Below are positions 9,082 to 18,994 of a stretch of DNA of 64,000 bases, in pieces; the stretch's first letter is position 1; each line of letters opens with the position of its first letter. Below the pieces are notes generated by a model, which was not told where the DNA came from, did not search any database, and saw nothing but the letters and a program-made list of their open reading frames with translations. The DNA is taken from positions 1 to 64,000 of the IMG/VR virus record IMGVR_UViG_3300042516_005475, one strand, 5' to 3'. A program made the position numbers and the translations under genes.

Positions 9082-10729
9082 AGTATTGAGGTAGCTTATC
9101 CTTACACTTCATGAGCACAAACTTAATTGCCCCATCTAAGATATAAGTATCACAATGATCTTCTTCAGTTCTGATACCACGACCACAAGCCTGAACAAGA
9201 CTGCTTAGCATCTTATTCTCGTACCATTCAGGATCAAGCTTAAAGAGAGTTTCTACCCGCTTAGAGCCAAGTGGCAAGTAAGGTAGTTTCAACACAATCT
9301 GAAAGCGAGCTAGCTCATCCTTAAGATCAACCCCATGAGTAAGTGAAGGAGATACTAGAACAGTTGGCTTGTCAGACTCTACATGCTCTTTAACAATATC
9401 TTCGTTAGTTTTACCTGATTGACGGTAAAGCATTCGATCACCATAGTCATCAAATTTAGCTTTAACGTATTCAGTAATTTTAAACGAATGTGTATGAATA
9501 ATACCTTTATCGTTCTTATACTTGTCAACTAGCTCTTTTGCAATATTGCAAACATGAGGTAGGTTCTGTTCAAGGTTAGCATGATTTAGCTTATACTTAG
9601 TATGAACAAAAATTGGAGCCTTCTTAGGATCAAACGATGAAGGCATTTCAACATACTCATACTCTTCAATGCCAAGACTCTTAGCAAAATTAACTGGATC
9701 AATAATAGTTGCTGACATCAGAATAATCTTCTCACCATGATTAAAGATATGACTTGAGAGCTTATCAACCTTCAACGGAGAGAAGTTAACAGCTGTAGCA
9801 GACTTCTCAATCACATACTTACAATCATTCCAATGACCAGTAACAGTCTTAACAGAGTGCACAACATTATTCAAGCCACGAAGCTTATTTTGCTGAGCAT
9901 CAGAAAGCTCTTTCTTATTACGCTTTTCAGTTAGAATCTTGATTTGTTCTTCAATAACACACAATAGATTAGTAAGCCATTCAATGACTCGATTAGGTAC
10001 ATCAGTAGCTAGCTTTTGAGTATGAATTCCAAGCTGAGCCAAACGCTCATAGCTAATATCAAACCCGAAACGCTTTACCAATTCGTCTTCAAGCTCTGCA
10101 GCCTCATCACAAATCAAAAGCTCTTTACGCTTCAGTTGGTCTGGTAGAGCCAAAAACATACTATAATTAAGAATGCCAAAATTACTAGTAACAACTCGAT
10201 TACGAGCCTCATAGTACGGGCAAATACACTTTTTCCAGCAATCATCTTTAATCTTTCCAACAACAACACAAGGAGCAATTTCAACATCCTTAGTTTCATC
10301 AATTGTACATTGATAGTTAGATTTACCTTTTAAAATATCAGAATCATCAAAAAACTCCTTGTATTGGTTCTGCAAATTCTTTGAAATTGTCAATACCATT
10401 GAACCAAAAGGTTGTTGCTTATCAATTTCTTCTTGATTAGAGAATTCACCAGACTGATCCATCTGATAAATAGAATACGAATCAACCAAATGCTTAAAGT
10501 CTTTGCTACAAGAGTCAGTCAAGTTAGCTACAGTGCGAGAAATATAAGACTTACCTGAGCCTGTAGGCGCACATAGAATAAGAAACTTTTTATCTCCACG
10601 AAGAAACTTTTCAATCTTCTTTAAGACAGCAGCCTGCTGTGCTCGAGGGGTGTGGTTACTTGGAAATGCTGATAGGATGTCTTTCTGTTTCACTACGTTG
10701 AGTATAGCGTCACGTGAAATGAAAAGCAA
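9062..10729 (-). CDS. DinG/XPD-family SF2 helicase
   Basis: APTGSGKS Walker A, KGKSNYQC plus Cys cluster, ICDEAA, MSAT, GVDL, QACGRGIR. Confidence 0.85.
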   Translation of the reverse strand: MLFISRDAILNVVKQKDILSAFPSNHTPRAQQAAVLKKIEKFLRGDKKFLILCAPTGSGKSYISRTVANLTDSCSKDFKHLVDSYSIYQMDQSGEFSNQEEIDKQQPFGSMVLTISKNLQNQYKEFFDDSDILKGKSNYQCTIDETKDVEIAPCVVVGKIKDDCWKKCICPYYEARNRVVTSNFGILNYSMFLALPDQLKRKELLICDEAAELEDELVKRFGFDISYERLAQLGIHTQKLATDVPNRVIEWLTNLLCVIEEQIKILTEKRNKKELSDAQQNKLRGLNNVVHSVKTVTGHWNDCKYVIEKSATAVNFSPLKVDKLSSHIFNHGEKIILMSATIIDPVNFAKSLGIEEYEYVEMPSSFDPKKAPIFVHTKYKLNHANLEQNLPHVCNIAKELVDKYKNDKGIIHTHSFKITEYVKAKFDDYGDRMLYRQSGKTNEDIVKEHVESDKPTVLVSPSLTHGVDLKDELARFQIVLKLPYLPLGSKRVETLFKLDPEWYENKMLSSLVQACGRGIRTEEDHCDTYILDGAIKFVLMKCKDKLPQYFIQRFQ

Positions 10730-11045
10730 GCTTATTGTTTAGGTATTTAGACTTATAAAGTTTGTAATACTCATCTATTTTAATTTTCAGAGTAATATCA
10801 TCTGTAAGAAGCTCTACTTTATAGTCGAATAAAAATCCAGCTGCAGTTTCAACTATTTTAAATGGTAGTGGTATTTCCAAATACTTGTTCTTGTTATTTG
10901 AATTGATACAAAAAACTAAATAGTATTCTTTTGGAGCAAATAAGATAAACTTACCTGTTCTCAATACTTTTTCATTCAAAAGAATTTGTATGTTCTTTTG
11001 AAAGTGTTTCTGTAATTTTTGCTCCAGTACAAGACTATCTATCAC
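10710..11045 (-). CDS. Hypothetical protein
   Basis: ORF tightly packed in the operon. Confidence 0.6.
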   Translation of the reverse strand: MIDSLVLEQKLQKHFQKNIQILLNEKVLRTGKFILFAPKEYYLVFCINSNNKNKYLEIPLPFKIVETAAGFLFDYKVELLTDDITLKIKIDEYYKLYKSKYLNNKLAFHFT

Positions 11046-11059
11046 AAATATTAATTACA

Positions 11060-11437
11060 CTAAACGCGCATAAAGTCAATTTTTTGCTTCTCTGTCATAA
11101 AGGCTAGCTTCTCATTATAGTATTGCCAAAATTCATCATTAGCCTTTATTGTAGCTACAACTTGACAGGCTGCTACATTAACTTGTCTATAGTCTTGTTC
11201 AAAAATATCCCAGGTAACAACTAAACCTTTTAATTCTGGATTATAATCTAATTGCTGGTGTGGTGGGCGGTAGTTAAGAGCAACTCTACCCTTTGTGCTG
11301 TTTAAGAGAGAATAGCTGTTGGTACAAAGCATTCTTCTAAAAAGAGGTTCGCCAGGCTGCGGTCTGCGCCTGGCGAATTTAAGTTCTACTACGTTTTGCT
11401 GTAAGAGAAGTTTTAACTGATTTAGGCTTACTTTCAC
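11060..11437 (-). CDS. WYL-like/SH3-fold phage protein (DUF2693-like)
   Basis: VVELKFARR...RRMLCT...VVTWDIFEQDYRQV pattern. Confidence 0.55.
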   Translation of the reverse strand: MKVSLNQLKLLLQQNVVELKFARRRPQPGEPLFRRMLCTNSYSLLNSTKGRVALNYRPPHQQLDYNPELKGLVVTWDIFEQDYRQVNVAACQVVATIKANDEFWQYYNEKLAFMTEKQKIDFMRV

Positions 11438-11448
11438 CTAATTATTTA

Positions 11449-11886
11449 TTAACTCATTGTAACTGCTGGCTGTTCTGCTTTAGAGCAAACACCGAAAATA
11501 CGAGTCTCATCCAAGAAAATAGACTGCTTAATCTTCCCAAGACCTCTTACAACAACGTTTGATACTGGAATGCCTTTATCATTTGGAAAGCAAACGTAAT
11601 CATCAACCTTAACATTCTTGCAATCAGGACCAGCAAGAATAATCTGTCCAATTCTCCAGGCCGCCTTGGTGTGGTCGATTGGTACTAGAATACCGTTTCT
11701 CATAACAGTTTGATTACTGTCAGGTGTATCAACATAGCGAACTAGAATAATATTATCAAGAACCTTATCAAGTTCAAAGTCATCAATAAGAGTGAATGTA
11801 TCACTGGCATGTTTGTCAAAGTTCAATGCGCTTGTTTTTTGCATATGAACTGGGACAGGAACATTAGTAGGAAGTGTTGGTACCAT
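11449..11886 (-). CDS. groES: GroES-like co-chaperonin
   Basis: DNIILV...NGILVP...GQIILAGPDCKNVKVDDYVCF. Confidence 0.8.
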   Translation of the reverse strand: MVPTLPTNVPVPVHMQKTSALNFDKHASDTFTLIDDFELDKVLDNIILVRYVDTPDSNQTVMRNGILVPIDHTKAAWRIGQIILAGPDCKNVKVDDYVCFPNDKGIPVSNVVVRGLGKIKQSIFLDETRIFGVCSKAEQPAVTMS

Positions 11887-11908
11887 ATTTGTATATAGTT
11901 ATTATTAG

Positions 11909-12268
11909 TTACTTTTCAAGATGCTCTGCGTACATTTTAATCTCTCGCTGAGATAATTCAAGATTGCGAGCAAGCATTTCCAGATTTTCATCCTCCTTAG
12001 TCTTTTCTTTCTTTACTTTTTTAATGTATTCGATTTTCTTATATCGCATGCGAGGAATTACATTAATAAGAAACTTATTTTGTTCATCCTTAGACAAACA
12101 CATCCAATAGCGATTAGATGTTTCGTTAACAATAGTAGCAACTTCACCACTATGCATACTCAACCACCTATTAACAAGGAAAAACTGATACTCCCGCTCT
12201 TCTTCAACAGAAATATCAGTCTTCTTTTTTAACGTGGTGATATTAGTAATAATATCAAAAATCGTCAT
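11909..12268 (-). CDS. gp62: Clamp loader small subunit, gp62-like
   Basis: YQFFLVNRWLSM...QNKFLINVIPR...YIKK...LSQREIKMY. Confidence 0.75.
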   Translation of the reverse strand: MTIFDIITNITTLKKKTDISVEEEREYQFFLVNRWLSMHSGEVATIVNETSNRYWMCLSKDEQNKFLINVIPRMRYKKIEYIKKVKKEKTKEDENLEMLARNLELSQREIKMYAEHLEK

Positions 12269-12849
12269 TAGATAACCTTACTAGTAGCAATAAAGATATC
12301 ATCAGTAATAGCATAAAAAATCTCAACAACCTTCTTCATAAACTCTTCAACTTGCTGATGAGTCATGTTAGTCGAGAATGCAAAAGCAGGAGCCTTCTTA
12401 CCAGCAGTAACGTTAATAGCGGTATGACCTAGAGCAGCACCATTAACCAAATGAGTAATACTCACACTAGCCTTACCCTTGGGTTGAATAATACCATGCT
12501 GGTTATGCTCAGCATGAACAATCAAATCATCCCCATCAACCTCAATAGGTTTATTGATAATGGAAGTAAGAATATTTGCAATCTGAGTATTAAAGAGACG
12601 CTGAAATGAAACAGCCGCGAAAGCATCAATATTAGGAATTTCCCAGCAAAAGTTAACTGCGTCATCACTGTAAATGTAGTCATTATTAAGAATATCTTCT
12701 GTATCAATCATACCCTCAGCTTCAACATGCATCGGTGCACGGAATGCAACAATGTTGCCGATAGGCAAGGTACGATCTCGAAAGAACTTATAGGCAAAGC
12801 GCTTATGAATGAGATTGCCATCGTAGATCGGAATATTATTCAATATCAT
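12268..12849 (-). CDS. DUF366-like protein (BPL/LplA ligase-like fold)
   Basis: YDG..., IVAFRAPMHV, D.ED, SDDAVNF, QRL, DGDDL, KASVSI, HTAINV match the archaeal DUF366 motif order as recalled. Confidence 0.7.
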   Translation of the reverse strand: MILNNIPIYDGNLIHKRFAYKFFRDRTLPIGNIVAFRAPMHVEAEGMIDTEDILNNDYIYSDDAVNFCWEIPNIDAFAAVSFQRLFNTQIANILTSIINKPIEVDGDDLIVHAEHNQHGIIQPKGKASVSITHLVNGAALGHTAINVTAGKKAPAFAFSTNMTHQQVEEFMKKVVEIFYAITDDIFIATSKVI

Positions 12850-14225
12850 GCGTTGATTCTAATATATTTTTCAGCGAGTTCAACTGAAACCTTTTCAAGT
12901 TTTAATTCTTCTAGCAGCTCTAATATTCCTACATTCCCACGCTTTGGATTTCTGCAGTCATAGAAATACAAATAATCGTCAATATAAACTTCATTCTCTG
13001 CAAATGAAGGTATAGCCAATGAATAGAATCTATCTTCTTGATCGTTCATCTCTGGAAAGAGAATATTCAGAGCAATAGATTTCTTAACAGGGGACAAATG
13101 GTTGGGGCAACGATAGTAGGTTACAGGTTGAGCTGATCCATCAATTGTACCCATTTTATGGCTCCAGTTCTTATGCTTCATTGTAATCTCAACACGTCTA
13201 GGAGTCTTACCATTGAAAGTAATAATACTGTTAAAACCAACAACATCAGGCTTGCTGTCAGTTGCTTTGAGAATTTTTTCGACATATTTTTCTGAAACCC
13301 AATCATCATCATCAATAAAAGCTATATACTCTCCTGATGCATTGTGAATTAAGTCGTTACGCTTCTTACCAATAGTTAGCTCTCTATTATCTTTTGCTAC
13401 AAGAATTTCTACTTCTGGGGTTAGTTGAGGTTTTAGTCTTGTTTTAAGGCGCTCAAGATAATTCTCTCTACCATTCACTGTGCAAATTAGCAAACTAAGT
13501 CTCTTGTAAGGCTTTGGAACAAATCTAGTATTCCATTTTTCTTTGAAGATAGCATGCTGAAAATCCATACTACATAAATTACGATCTTCTGCTTTAATAG
13601 TTCCATGAGACTTACTAAGCAAATGATGTATATGAGAGCTTGTACACAAGCCATGCTTCACATTGTAAGAGTTATACATCTCGACCCAGTCATTGTCTTG
13701 ATAATAAAAGGCAAAGCGTTCATCAAAACCACCTAAAATATTAAATAACTTTCTACGAATAATAAAACTCCAACCAGTAAACTCGTAAGAGGTTCTTGTT
13801 CCAATGTGAAGTTCTTTTAATGAGCTAAAGATAGACTCGGTATGTCTGTGCCACTTACGATCAATTGGGCTAACAGACATTAACTCAGGATCAATTTCAA
13901 ATTGTTTTGCAATAGCAGTAAACCAACCCTTGTAATAAATAACATCATTATTTGTAATTAGCACCAAATCGTTTTTACATTCTCTCAAACCAATGTTTAA
14001 GTATAGATTGTAATTAAATTTAGGTACTTGTGGGATAAGAAACTTTGCTCTTATTTCAGAAAGCTTGTGAGTAAACAAAGAAGAAACTTCTTTGCAAGAT
14101 TCAACAACAATTACGTTAAATTTATGCTCTGGTTCTGAATCATGAATAGAATCAACAGTTTGTTTAAGAATATCAAACAACTCGTTAGTAGTTGTGTTGC
14201 TAAGAATAATTACATCGACGTCCAT
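12846..14225 (-). CDS. Two-domain GT2 glycosyltransferase
   Basis: Domain 1: NNDV, GGFDERF...QDND. Domain 2: TIGKKRN, GEYIAFIDDDD, QED. Confidence 0.85.
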   Translation of the reverse strand: MDVDVIILSNTTTNELFDILKQTVDSIHDSEPEHKFNVIVVESCKEVSSLFTHKLSEIRAKFLIPQVPKFNYNLYLNIGLRECKNDLVLITNNDVIYYKGWFTAIAKQFEIDPELMSVSPIDRKWHRHTESIFSSLKELHIGTRTSYEFTGWSFIIRRKLFNILGGFDERFAFYYQDNDWVEMYNSYNVKHGLCTSSHIHHLLSKSHGTIKAEDRNLCSMDFQHAIFKEKWNTRFVPKPYKRLSLLICTVNGRENYLERLKTRLKPQLTPEVEILVAKDNRELTIGKKRNDLIHNASGEYIAFIDDDDWVSEKYVEKILKATDSKPDVVGFNSIITFNGKTPRRVEITMKHKNWSHKMGTIDGSAQPVTYYRCPNHLSPVKKSIALNILFPEMNDQEDRFYSLAIPSFAENEVYIDDYLYFYDCRNPKRGNVGILELLEELKLEKVSVELAEKYIRINA

Positions 14226-15028
14226 AGAGTTTTAGTCTTAATAGCCTTTAATCTTTGCAGAACAATGTCCTGCTTAGTATCAGAAATAGATACAGGAGAG
14301 TCTTTATATATCAAGCTGAAATAATTGGCTCCATCTTGAATATTCTTTTTCCAATCTGATCTTGGTCGAATAGTAGAATCGTTTTCTGAGCAAGCCAATT
14401 CTTCGAGAAAATCACTTGAATTAACAATATCAGGCCACCACCAATAGGCTGGTAGATACCCGTTTAGAACAGCTCTATAACTGTGTTCTACATGTTCCCA
14501 AGCATTAACAAAAGTCTCATCAAACAAACCAATTCTCATTAGGAGATCCCTGCTATAGTAACAGAAGCCACCTACGCAATTAGGGTTGAATGCTAGTTTA
14601 GTTTTACTATATTCAACTACACAGCGAGGGTCTGGCTTTTTATCTTTCTTATTAGCTGGACCGTGATATCCAAACATTAGGTGTTTAATGCCAGAATCTT
14701 TACTCGCCTTAATATATTCATCAAAGACGTTAGAGTCTTTAATAAAAATATCATCTTCAAGCAAAAAGATATCAGTGCAATCTTGGTTAAGCAAATGAAG
14801 CATAGCTTTATTTTTGCTACGACCTACACCAATATTCTTTTCATTCTTTAAGTATGTTAAATTCAGAGTATCTACTATTGATGGTAAAGGCTCATTACCA
14901 TCGTCTACAAGAACAACCTCATCAAGCCTATTAAAAGGTATTGTTTTAAGAACCTGTTTAAGGAATACAGGTCGATTGCAGGTAATAATACCCAGTCCGA
15001 TTTTTTGTTTTGTTTTAGTTTCTATCAT
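14210..15028 (-). CDS. GT2 glycosyltransferase
   Basis: IITCNRP, VLVDDG, NIGVGRSKN, FLLEDD, IGLFDE; start trimmed to MIETKTK. Confidence 0.85.
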   Translation of the reverse strand: MIETKTKQKIGLGIITCNRPVFLKQVLKTIPFNRLDEVVLVDDGNEPLPSIVDTLNLTYLKNEKNIGVGRSKNKAMLHLLNQDCTDIFLLEDDIFIKDSNVFDEYIKASKDSGIKHLMFGYHGPANKKDKKPDPRCVVEYSKTKLAFNPNCVGGFCYYSRDLLMRIGLFDETFVNAWEHVEHSYRAVLNGYLPAYWWWPDIVNSSDFLEELACSENDSTIRPRSDWKKNIQDGANYFSLIYKDSPVSISDTKQDIVLQRLKAIKTKTLWTSM

Positions 15029-15719
15029 CTTGACAAGTCCATATTTGGAGGTTAAACCGATTATTTTCCCAAGGCATAGCTGGATCACAGATTACTTCTG
15101 AGCAAGCATGCGGTAATCTAGATGGAAAAATACATAAGAAATTATTTTTAAGAGGGTATTCATAACATTTACCCTCATGCATAAACAGCTGGCTACCACC
15201 CTTAAGTAGAGATTCATCTTTGACAAGAGTATACGACATGGTAAAGACAGGTGTCATAGCTACTTCTTTACCTTTAATTGAAAGACCGTAAATTCCATCA
15301 TCAGAATGCCAATTATAATAATCACCATTACCGTAGCTAATAATATGAGTTCTTCCATTAAGACCATATCGAGAACCCAATTGAAACTCTCTACTCTTGC
15401 ATTGACCCATAAACTTGAGTATGCCTTGATGAAAGAAAAACTTATCAAGGTTGTTTAATGCATAGCCAGCTGGAATGTTATGATCAGGAAGCCAAACATC
15501 ACTACCCCAACAAAGATGGTTTAAATTATTCTTAGTTGTTTCAAAATCAGTAGAAGTATCTTGCTGTCTTGTTGCACCATCTCCAAATTTCCAAACAGGG
15601 GTACCAAAATACTGTTTGATATCAGTCATTTCTTTATAGATAGTATCAACAACAGCTCTTGGAAGAAAGTTTTCAGCCCATATAATAGGTGGGTCAGTTT
15701 CCTCATGTAGTAAGAACAT
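15015..15719 (-). CDS. 2OG-Fe(II) oxygenase (prolyl-hydroxylase-like)
   Basis: YNWHSD (HxD), GGSQL, IFPSRLPHAC, NRF; start trimmed to MFLLHEE. Confidence 0.8.
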   Translation of the reverse strand: MFLLHEETDPPIIWAENFLPRAVVDTIYKEMTDIKQYFGTPVWKFGDGATRQQDTSTDFETTKNNLNHLCWGSDVWLPDHNIPAGYALNNLDKFFFHQGILKFMGQCKSREFQLGSRYGLNGRTHIISYGNGDYYNWHSDDGIYGLSIKGKEVAMTPVFTMSYTLVKDESLLKGGSQLFMHEGKCYEYPLKNNFLCIFPSRLPHACSEVICDPAMPWENNRFNLQIWTCQDDRN

Positions 15720-15780
15720 ACATTTTATTTTAAAGTAAAAATTTGGATTTTCAACTAAATATACATATATATCTTTGATT

Positions 15781-16467
15781 ATGTCATCCAAAACTCCAAA
15801 GACATTTAATGTAGCAGAGAAGTTTGAGCTTTCTGAAAATCACAAACGGATTGTAGATGCTATATTAGATAGAGACAATAAGCTTATCTTTATTGATGGA
15901 CCAGCAGGTTCAGCCAAGACATACTGTGCTGTATTAGCAGCCTTAAAACTTGTTCAAAGAAAGAGCTTCAAGAGCATTCTTTATTTGAGAAGCATTGCTG
16001 AATGTTCTAGTCAAAAACTAGGTTCATTACCTGGAGAGTTGCATGAGAAGATTGGTCCGTTTGGAGCCCCATTTTTGGAAAAGCTTAGCGAAATGATTTC
16101 AGAGGCTGCAATTACTAAGTTAGCATCTGAAAGCGCTTTAGATATTCAGCCTCTTAACTTCTTGAGAGGTACTACATTCCATGATAAGATTGTATTGCTA
16201 GATGAGGCTCAAAATGCTGAACTCGATCAGCTCATCATTGTTCTAACCCGTCTTGGAGAACACGGAAAGCTTGTTGTTATCGGAGATAGTAACCAAGTAG
16301 ATATTAGAGATAAGAAGAGCTACGGAAATGTTGTAGCTAAGTTTAATAGTGAGGAATGTAAGAGTGTTGGCATTCAATCCTTCACTCTCACAGAAGATGA
16401 TATTAAAAGAAGTAAGATCTTAAAGTTTATTGTTGGTAAGCTTAATGAACTTAAGTCTAACCGTTGA
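15781..16467 (+). CDS. phoH: PhoH-family ATPase
   Basis: GPAGSAKT, LGSLPGEL, FLRGTTF, LDEAQN, TRLGE, GDSNQVD. Confidence 0.9.
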   Translation: MSSKTPKTFNVAEKFELSENHKRIVDAILDRDNKLIFIDGPAGSAKTYCAVLAALKLVQRKSFKSILYLRSIAECSSQKLGSLPGELHEKIGPFGAPFLEKLSEMISEAAITKLASESALDIQPLNFLRGTTFHDKIVLLDEAQNAELDQLIIVLTRLGEHGKLVVIGDSNQVDIRDKKSYGNVVAKFNSEECKSVGIQSFTLTEDDIKRSKILKFIVGKLNELKSNR

Positions 16468-16675
16468 TGTGAAACTTAAGAGCTTTGGAAATCTTTTCCA
16501 TAATCTTTTTAGGATGATTTCCTTCTTTTAAAAGTCTATTGTACTCGCTTTTGAAGCTTGTAATAAACTCTTCAGACAACTTTAGATTTCTTGGATAAAA
16601 TAATCGAGACTGTGTTCTTAACGGGGCATAGTTCTCGAGTAATTTATTGAAGTTGTTATTGAATTCTTTCATCAT
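16457..16675 (-). CDS. Hypothetical late protein (N-terminus MMKEFNNNFNKLLE)
   Basis: TAAATA box just upstream; shares the N-terminal signal family. Confidence 0.6.
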   Translation of the reverse strand: MMKEFNNNFNKLLENYAPLRTQSRLFYPRNLKLSEEFITSFKSEYNRLLKEGNHPKKIMEKISKALKFHING

Positions 16676-16680
16676 AGTAT

Positions 16681-16896
16681 TTATTTTTTGCAATGAAAAT
16701 TTAAAAACCAATTAGACTGTGCTTTTGTATGAGCAGTAGCCTTTTTGGTTTTTAGCTTTCTAGCCTTGCTACAAGTCATCTTGCCTTTACCGAATTTCTT
16801 GGTAGCTTTAGCTTTAAGAGTACCTTTACCACCTCGCGGAGTGGTGCGGGTGGTTTTTTCTAAAAGAGTAAAAAATCTCTTTTCGTACTTGTTCAC
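16681..16896 (-). CDS. Small basic late protein
   Basis: Lys/Arg-rich; GTG start 6 nt after TAAATA. Confidence 0.65.
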   Translation of the reverse strand: MNKYEKRFFTLLEKTTRTTPRGGKGTLKAKATKKFGKGKMTCSKARKLKTKKATAHTKAQSNWFLNFHCKK

Positions 16897-16937
16897 TACA
16901 ATTATTTATTCTTTTTAGTTTGTTCGCGCCAAAGATA

Positions 16938-17516
16938 TTAGTTTATTTTTTTTAAAAACGTATATAAACTCTCCCAATTATAAACTCTATCCCCTGTCCA
17001 GTTTTTATTGTATGGGTGATCCATAATTATACTTCGCAACCCAACTTGTTTACCGCTTTCTGCATGAGAAACACTATCCTCTAACCAAAAATAATTTTTA
17101 TCCTTGTACTGAACTTTAAGAAAATCTAATTTACTTTTTTTAAAATCTAAACTACAATTAATATAGTCAAACACATCTCCAAATAGGTGTTTTAAATTGT
17201 TTACTCTTAACCTTTGAGCGTATTTGTCAATATGTAAACAACTGATAACTTCAAACCTCCAACCATCTTCTGCTAATTTTTTTACAAATTCTTGAGCATC
17301 TCGGAAAGGCGGAAGAAAACCAACTGCTCCACTTTCATTAAACCTTGATATACAATCTAAGGCTACCTCTTCAGGTAGCCCATATCTAGCACCTTGATAA
17401 AAAATGTGGTCGGTGTTAGGTAATCTTTCATAGCCTCGCTCACTCATCCATACATCGAAAGCAAAAGACCAGTCAAGTAAAACACCGTCACAATCAGTGA
17501 TTAATTTCTTATGCAT
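16938..17516 (-). CDS. HAD-family 5'(3')-deoxyribonucleotidase-like phosphatase
   Basis: TDCDGVL (DxDG), WLEDS, HPYN. Confidence 0.8.
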   Translation of the reverse strand: MHKKLITDCDGVLLDWSFAFDVWMSERGYERLPNTDHIFYQGARYGLPEEVALDCISRFNESGAVGFLPPFRDAQEFVKKLAEDGWRFEVISCLHIDKYAQRLRVNNLKHLFGDVFDYINCSLDFKKSKLDFLKVQYKDKNYFWLEDSVSHAESGKQVGLRSIIMDHPYNKNWTGDRVYNWESLYTFLKKIN

Positions 17517-18234
17517 TTTTTATATACTTGTTTAATTCTTGCCAAGTACCTAAATCAATATAATCCTCTACTTCGATCCCCTTACTTAAATACAAAGGGG
17601 TACTTTTTATCTCGTTTAAAAGTACCCGCTGCTTCAAGGTACTTTTTTCCATAAATGTTATGCTTTGATCGAATGCTCTTTTTCTAAACGCAAAACTACA
17701 CCAAAAAGCATTAAATCTCTCTAATTTTTCTTGCGGCTTATCTTCATATAGTTCTATTATATTGTTTTCATTAATATAAAGGGAACCTTTTGTTTTAAGC
17801 ATAGCAGGGTTCTGTTCTCTTTTATAAAAAAAAGAGAATCCGGTTTCTGTAAGACTATTTTCTACAGATGTAAATAAATCCACCCCTAAACCTAGTTTCA
17901 TTAATGTGTCGGGTAGTAATATAACATTGTGTTCTCCAAACAAATGTTTTGCGCTTTTTATAGCACCTGTATATTCTTGCTCATTAGGGTTTTGAAAAGT
18001 AAAACTAATATCAAACCTATCTTTATACTTGGAAAGATAATTTACAACATCTAGTTTATTTTCGTTTATAACTATAACAAACTCTACATCTTTTCTACCG
18101 TAATCTCTAAAAAAATTAAACGAAAAATCAATTAGAGAAGAATCTTCATCGACTCTAAGGATTTCTTTTGAATATGGTAATTTTAACCTACTACCCTTAC
18201 CAGCTGCAGGTATAATTACAGTTAGTTTGCTCAT
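17509..18234 (-). CDS. Sugar-phosphate nucleotidyltransferase (NTP_transferase)
   Basis: IIPAAGKGSRL...SKE, LLPD, YEDKP, YIDLGTW. Confidence 0.85.
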   Translation of the reverse strand: MSKLTVIIPAAGKGSRLKLPYSKEILRVDEDSSLIDFSFNFFRDYGRKDVEFVIVINENKLDVVNYLSKYKDRFDISFTFQNPNEQEYTGAIKSAKHLFGEHNVILLPDTLMKLGLGVDLFTSVENSLTETGFSFFYKREQNPAMLKTKGSLYINENNIIELYEDKPQEKLERFNAFWCSFAFRKRAFDQSITFMEKSTLKQRVLLNEIKSTPLYLSKGIEVEDYIDLGTWQELNKYIKNA

Positions 18235-18242
18235 ATGTCTCT

Positions 18243-18959
18243 TTATTTATTTTTTTCAGGTTTCTTTTGCTCAGGTCTTGCCAAGGCTTCTAAGGCCTCA
18301 ATATCTTCCATGCCGAGATTTGGATCGTTAAAGATATTAGCATTAGGGTCCATTGAGTCTCCATCCGCATCAAGATAGAGCTTCATGATCTGAATACGTT
18401 CATTACGCTCACCGTATGTTTCAATAATAGGTGGTCGATCATCAGCATGAAAATAATTAGATTTTGGATTATCTCTATTTTCCATTGCAAACACCTTAAA
18501 GAGATTATCAATCTCAACTCGCATAAAAGGGTTAGCATCTCTCATACCATCTTCTTGAATATCAGGAGTCTTGGCTGCTCTTGTAATTGGGATATAGAAA
18601 ATAATATCAATATGTTTTAGAGCATCACGAACAACTGGGATACACTTCTTAATAAAGTCAAAATCAATATCTCCAACGTTGTGATGATAGGCCCACATAG
18701 AATACACGAGATTATCTAGCGGACAACGATCAAATACAATTCTATCACTTTTGCGAGTACCTTCTAGTTGCTTGACCATAAAGTCAAGAATAGCCTGTTG
18801 GGATTCTTTAGTAGTTTTTGAGCTATGGGTTAAACCTTTTTCAACTAAAACATCTCTATATGTCTTTTCTGGAGATTTATAGTTAGTCCACTCAGCAAGA
18901 AAATCTTTAATCAGAGTAGATTTGCCCATGCACTGGGCACCGGAAATGGCAATTCTCAT
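18243..18959 (-). CDS. P-loop nucleotide kinase (AAA_28/dNMP-kinase-like)
   Basis: ISGAQCMGKST, FDRCPLDNLVY, EDGMR. Confidence 0.75.
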   Translation of the reverse strand: MRIAISGAQCMGKSTLIKDFLAEWTNYKSPEKTYRDVLVEKGLTHSSKTTKESQQAILDFMVKQLEGTRKSDRIVFDRCPLDNLVYSMWAYHHNVGDIDFDFIKKCIPVVRDALKHIDIIFYIPITRAAKTPDIQEDGMRDANPFMRVEIDNLFKVFAMENRDNPKSNYFHADDRPPIIETYGERNERIQIMKLYLDADGDSMDPNANIFNDPNLGMEDIEALEALARPEQKKPEKNK

Positions 18960-18994
18960 GATACTATTATATAGTTCATGTATTGATAAATCTA

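Noticed and set aside
9062-10729. DinG as part of a type IV CRISPR system
   Set aside because: No csf/cas genes or array are present in the window.
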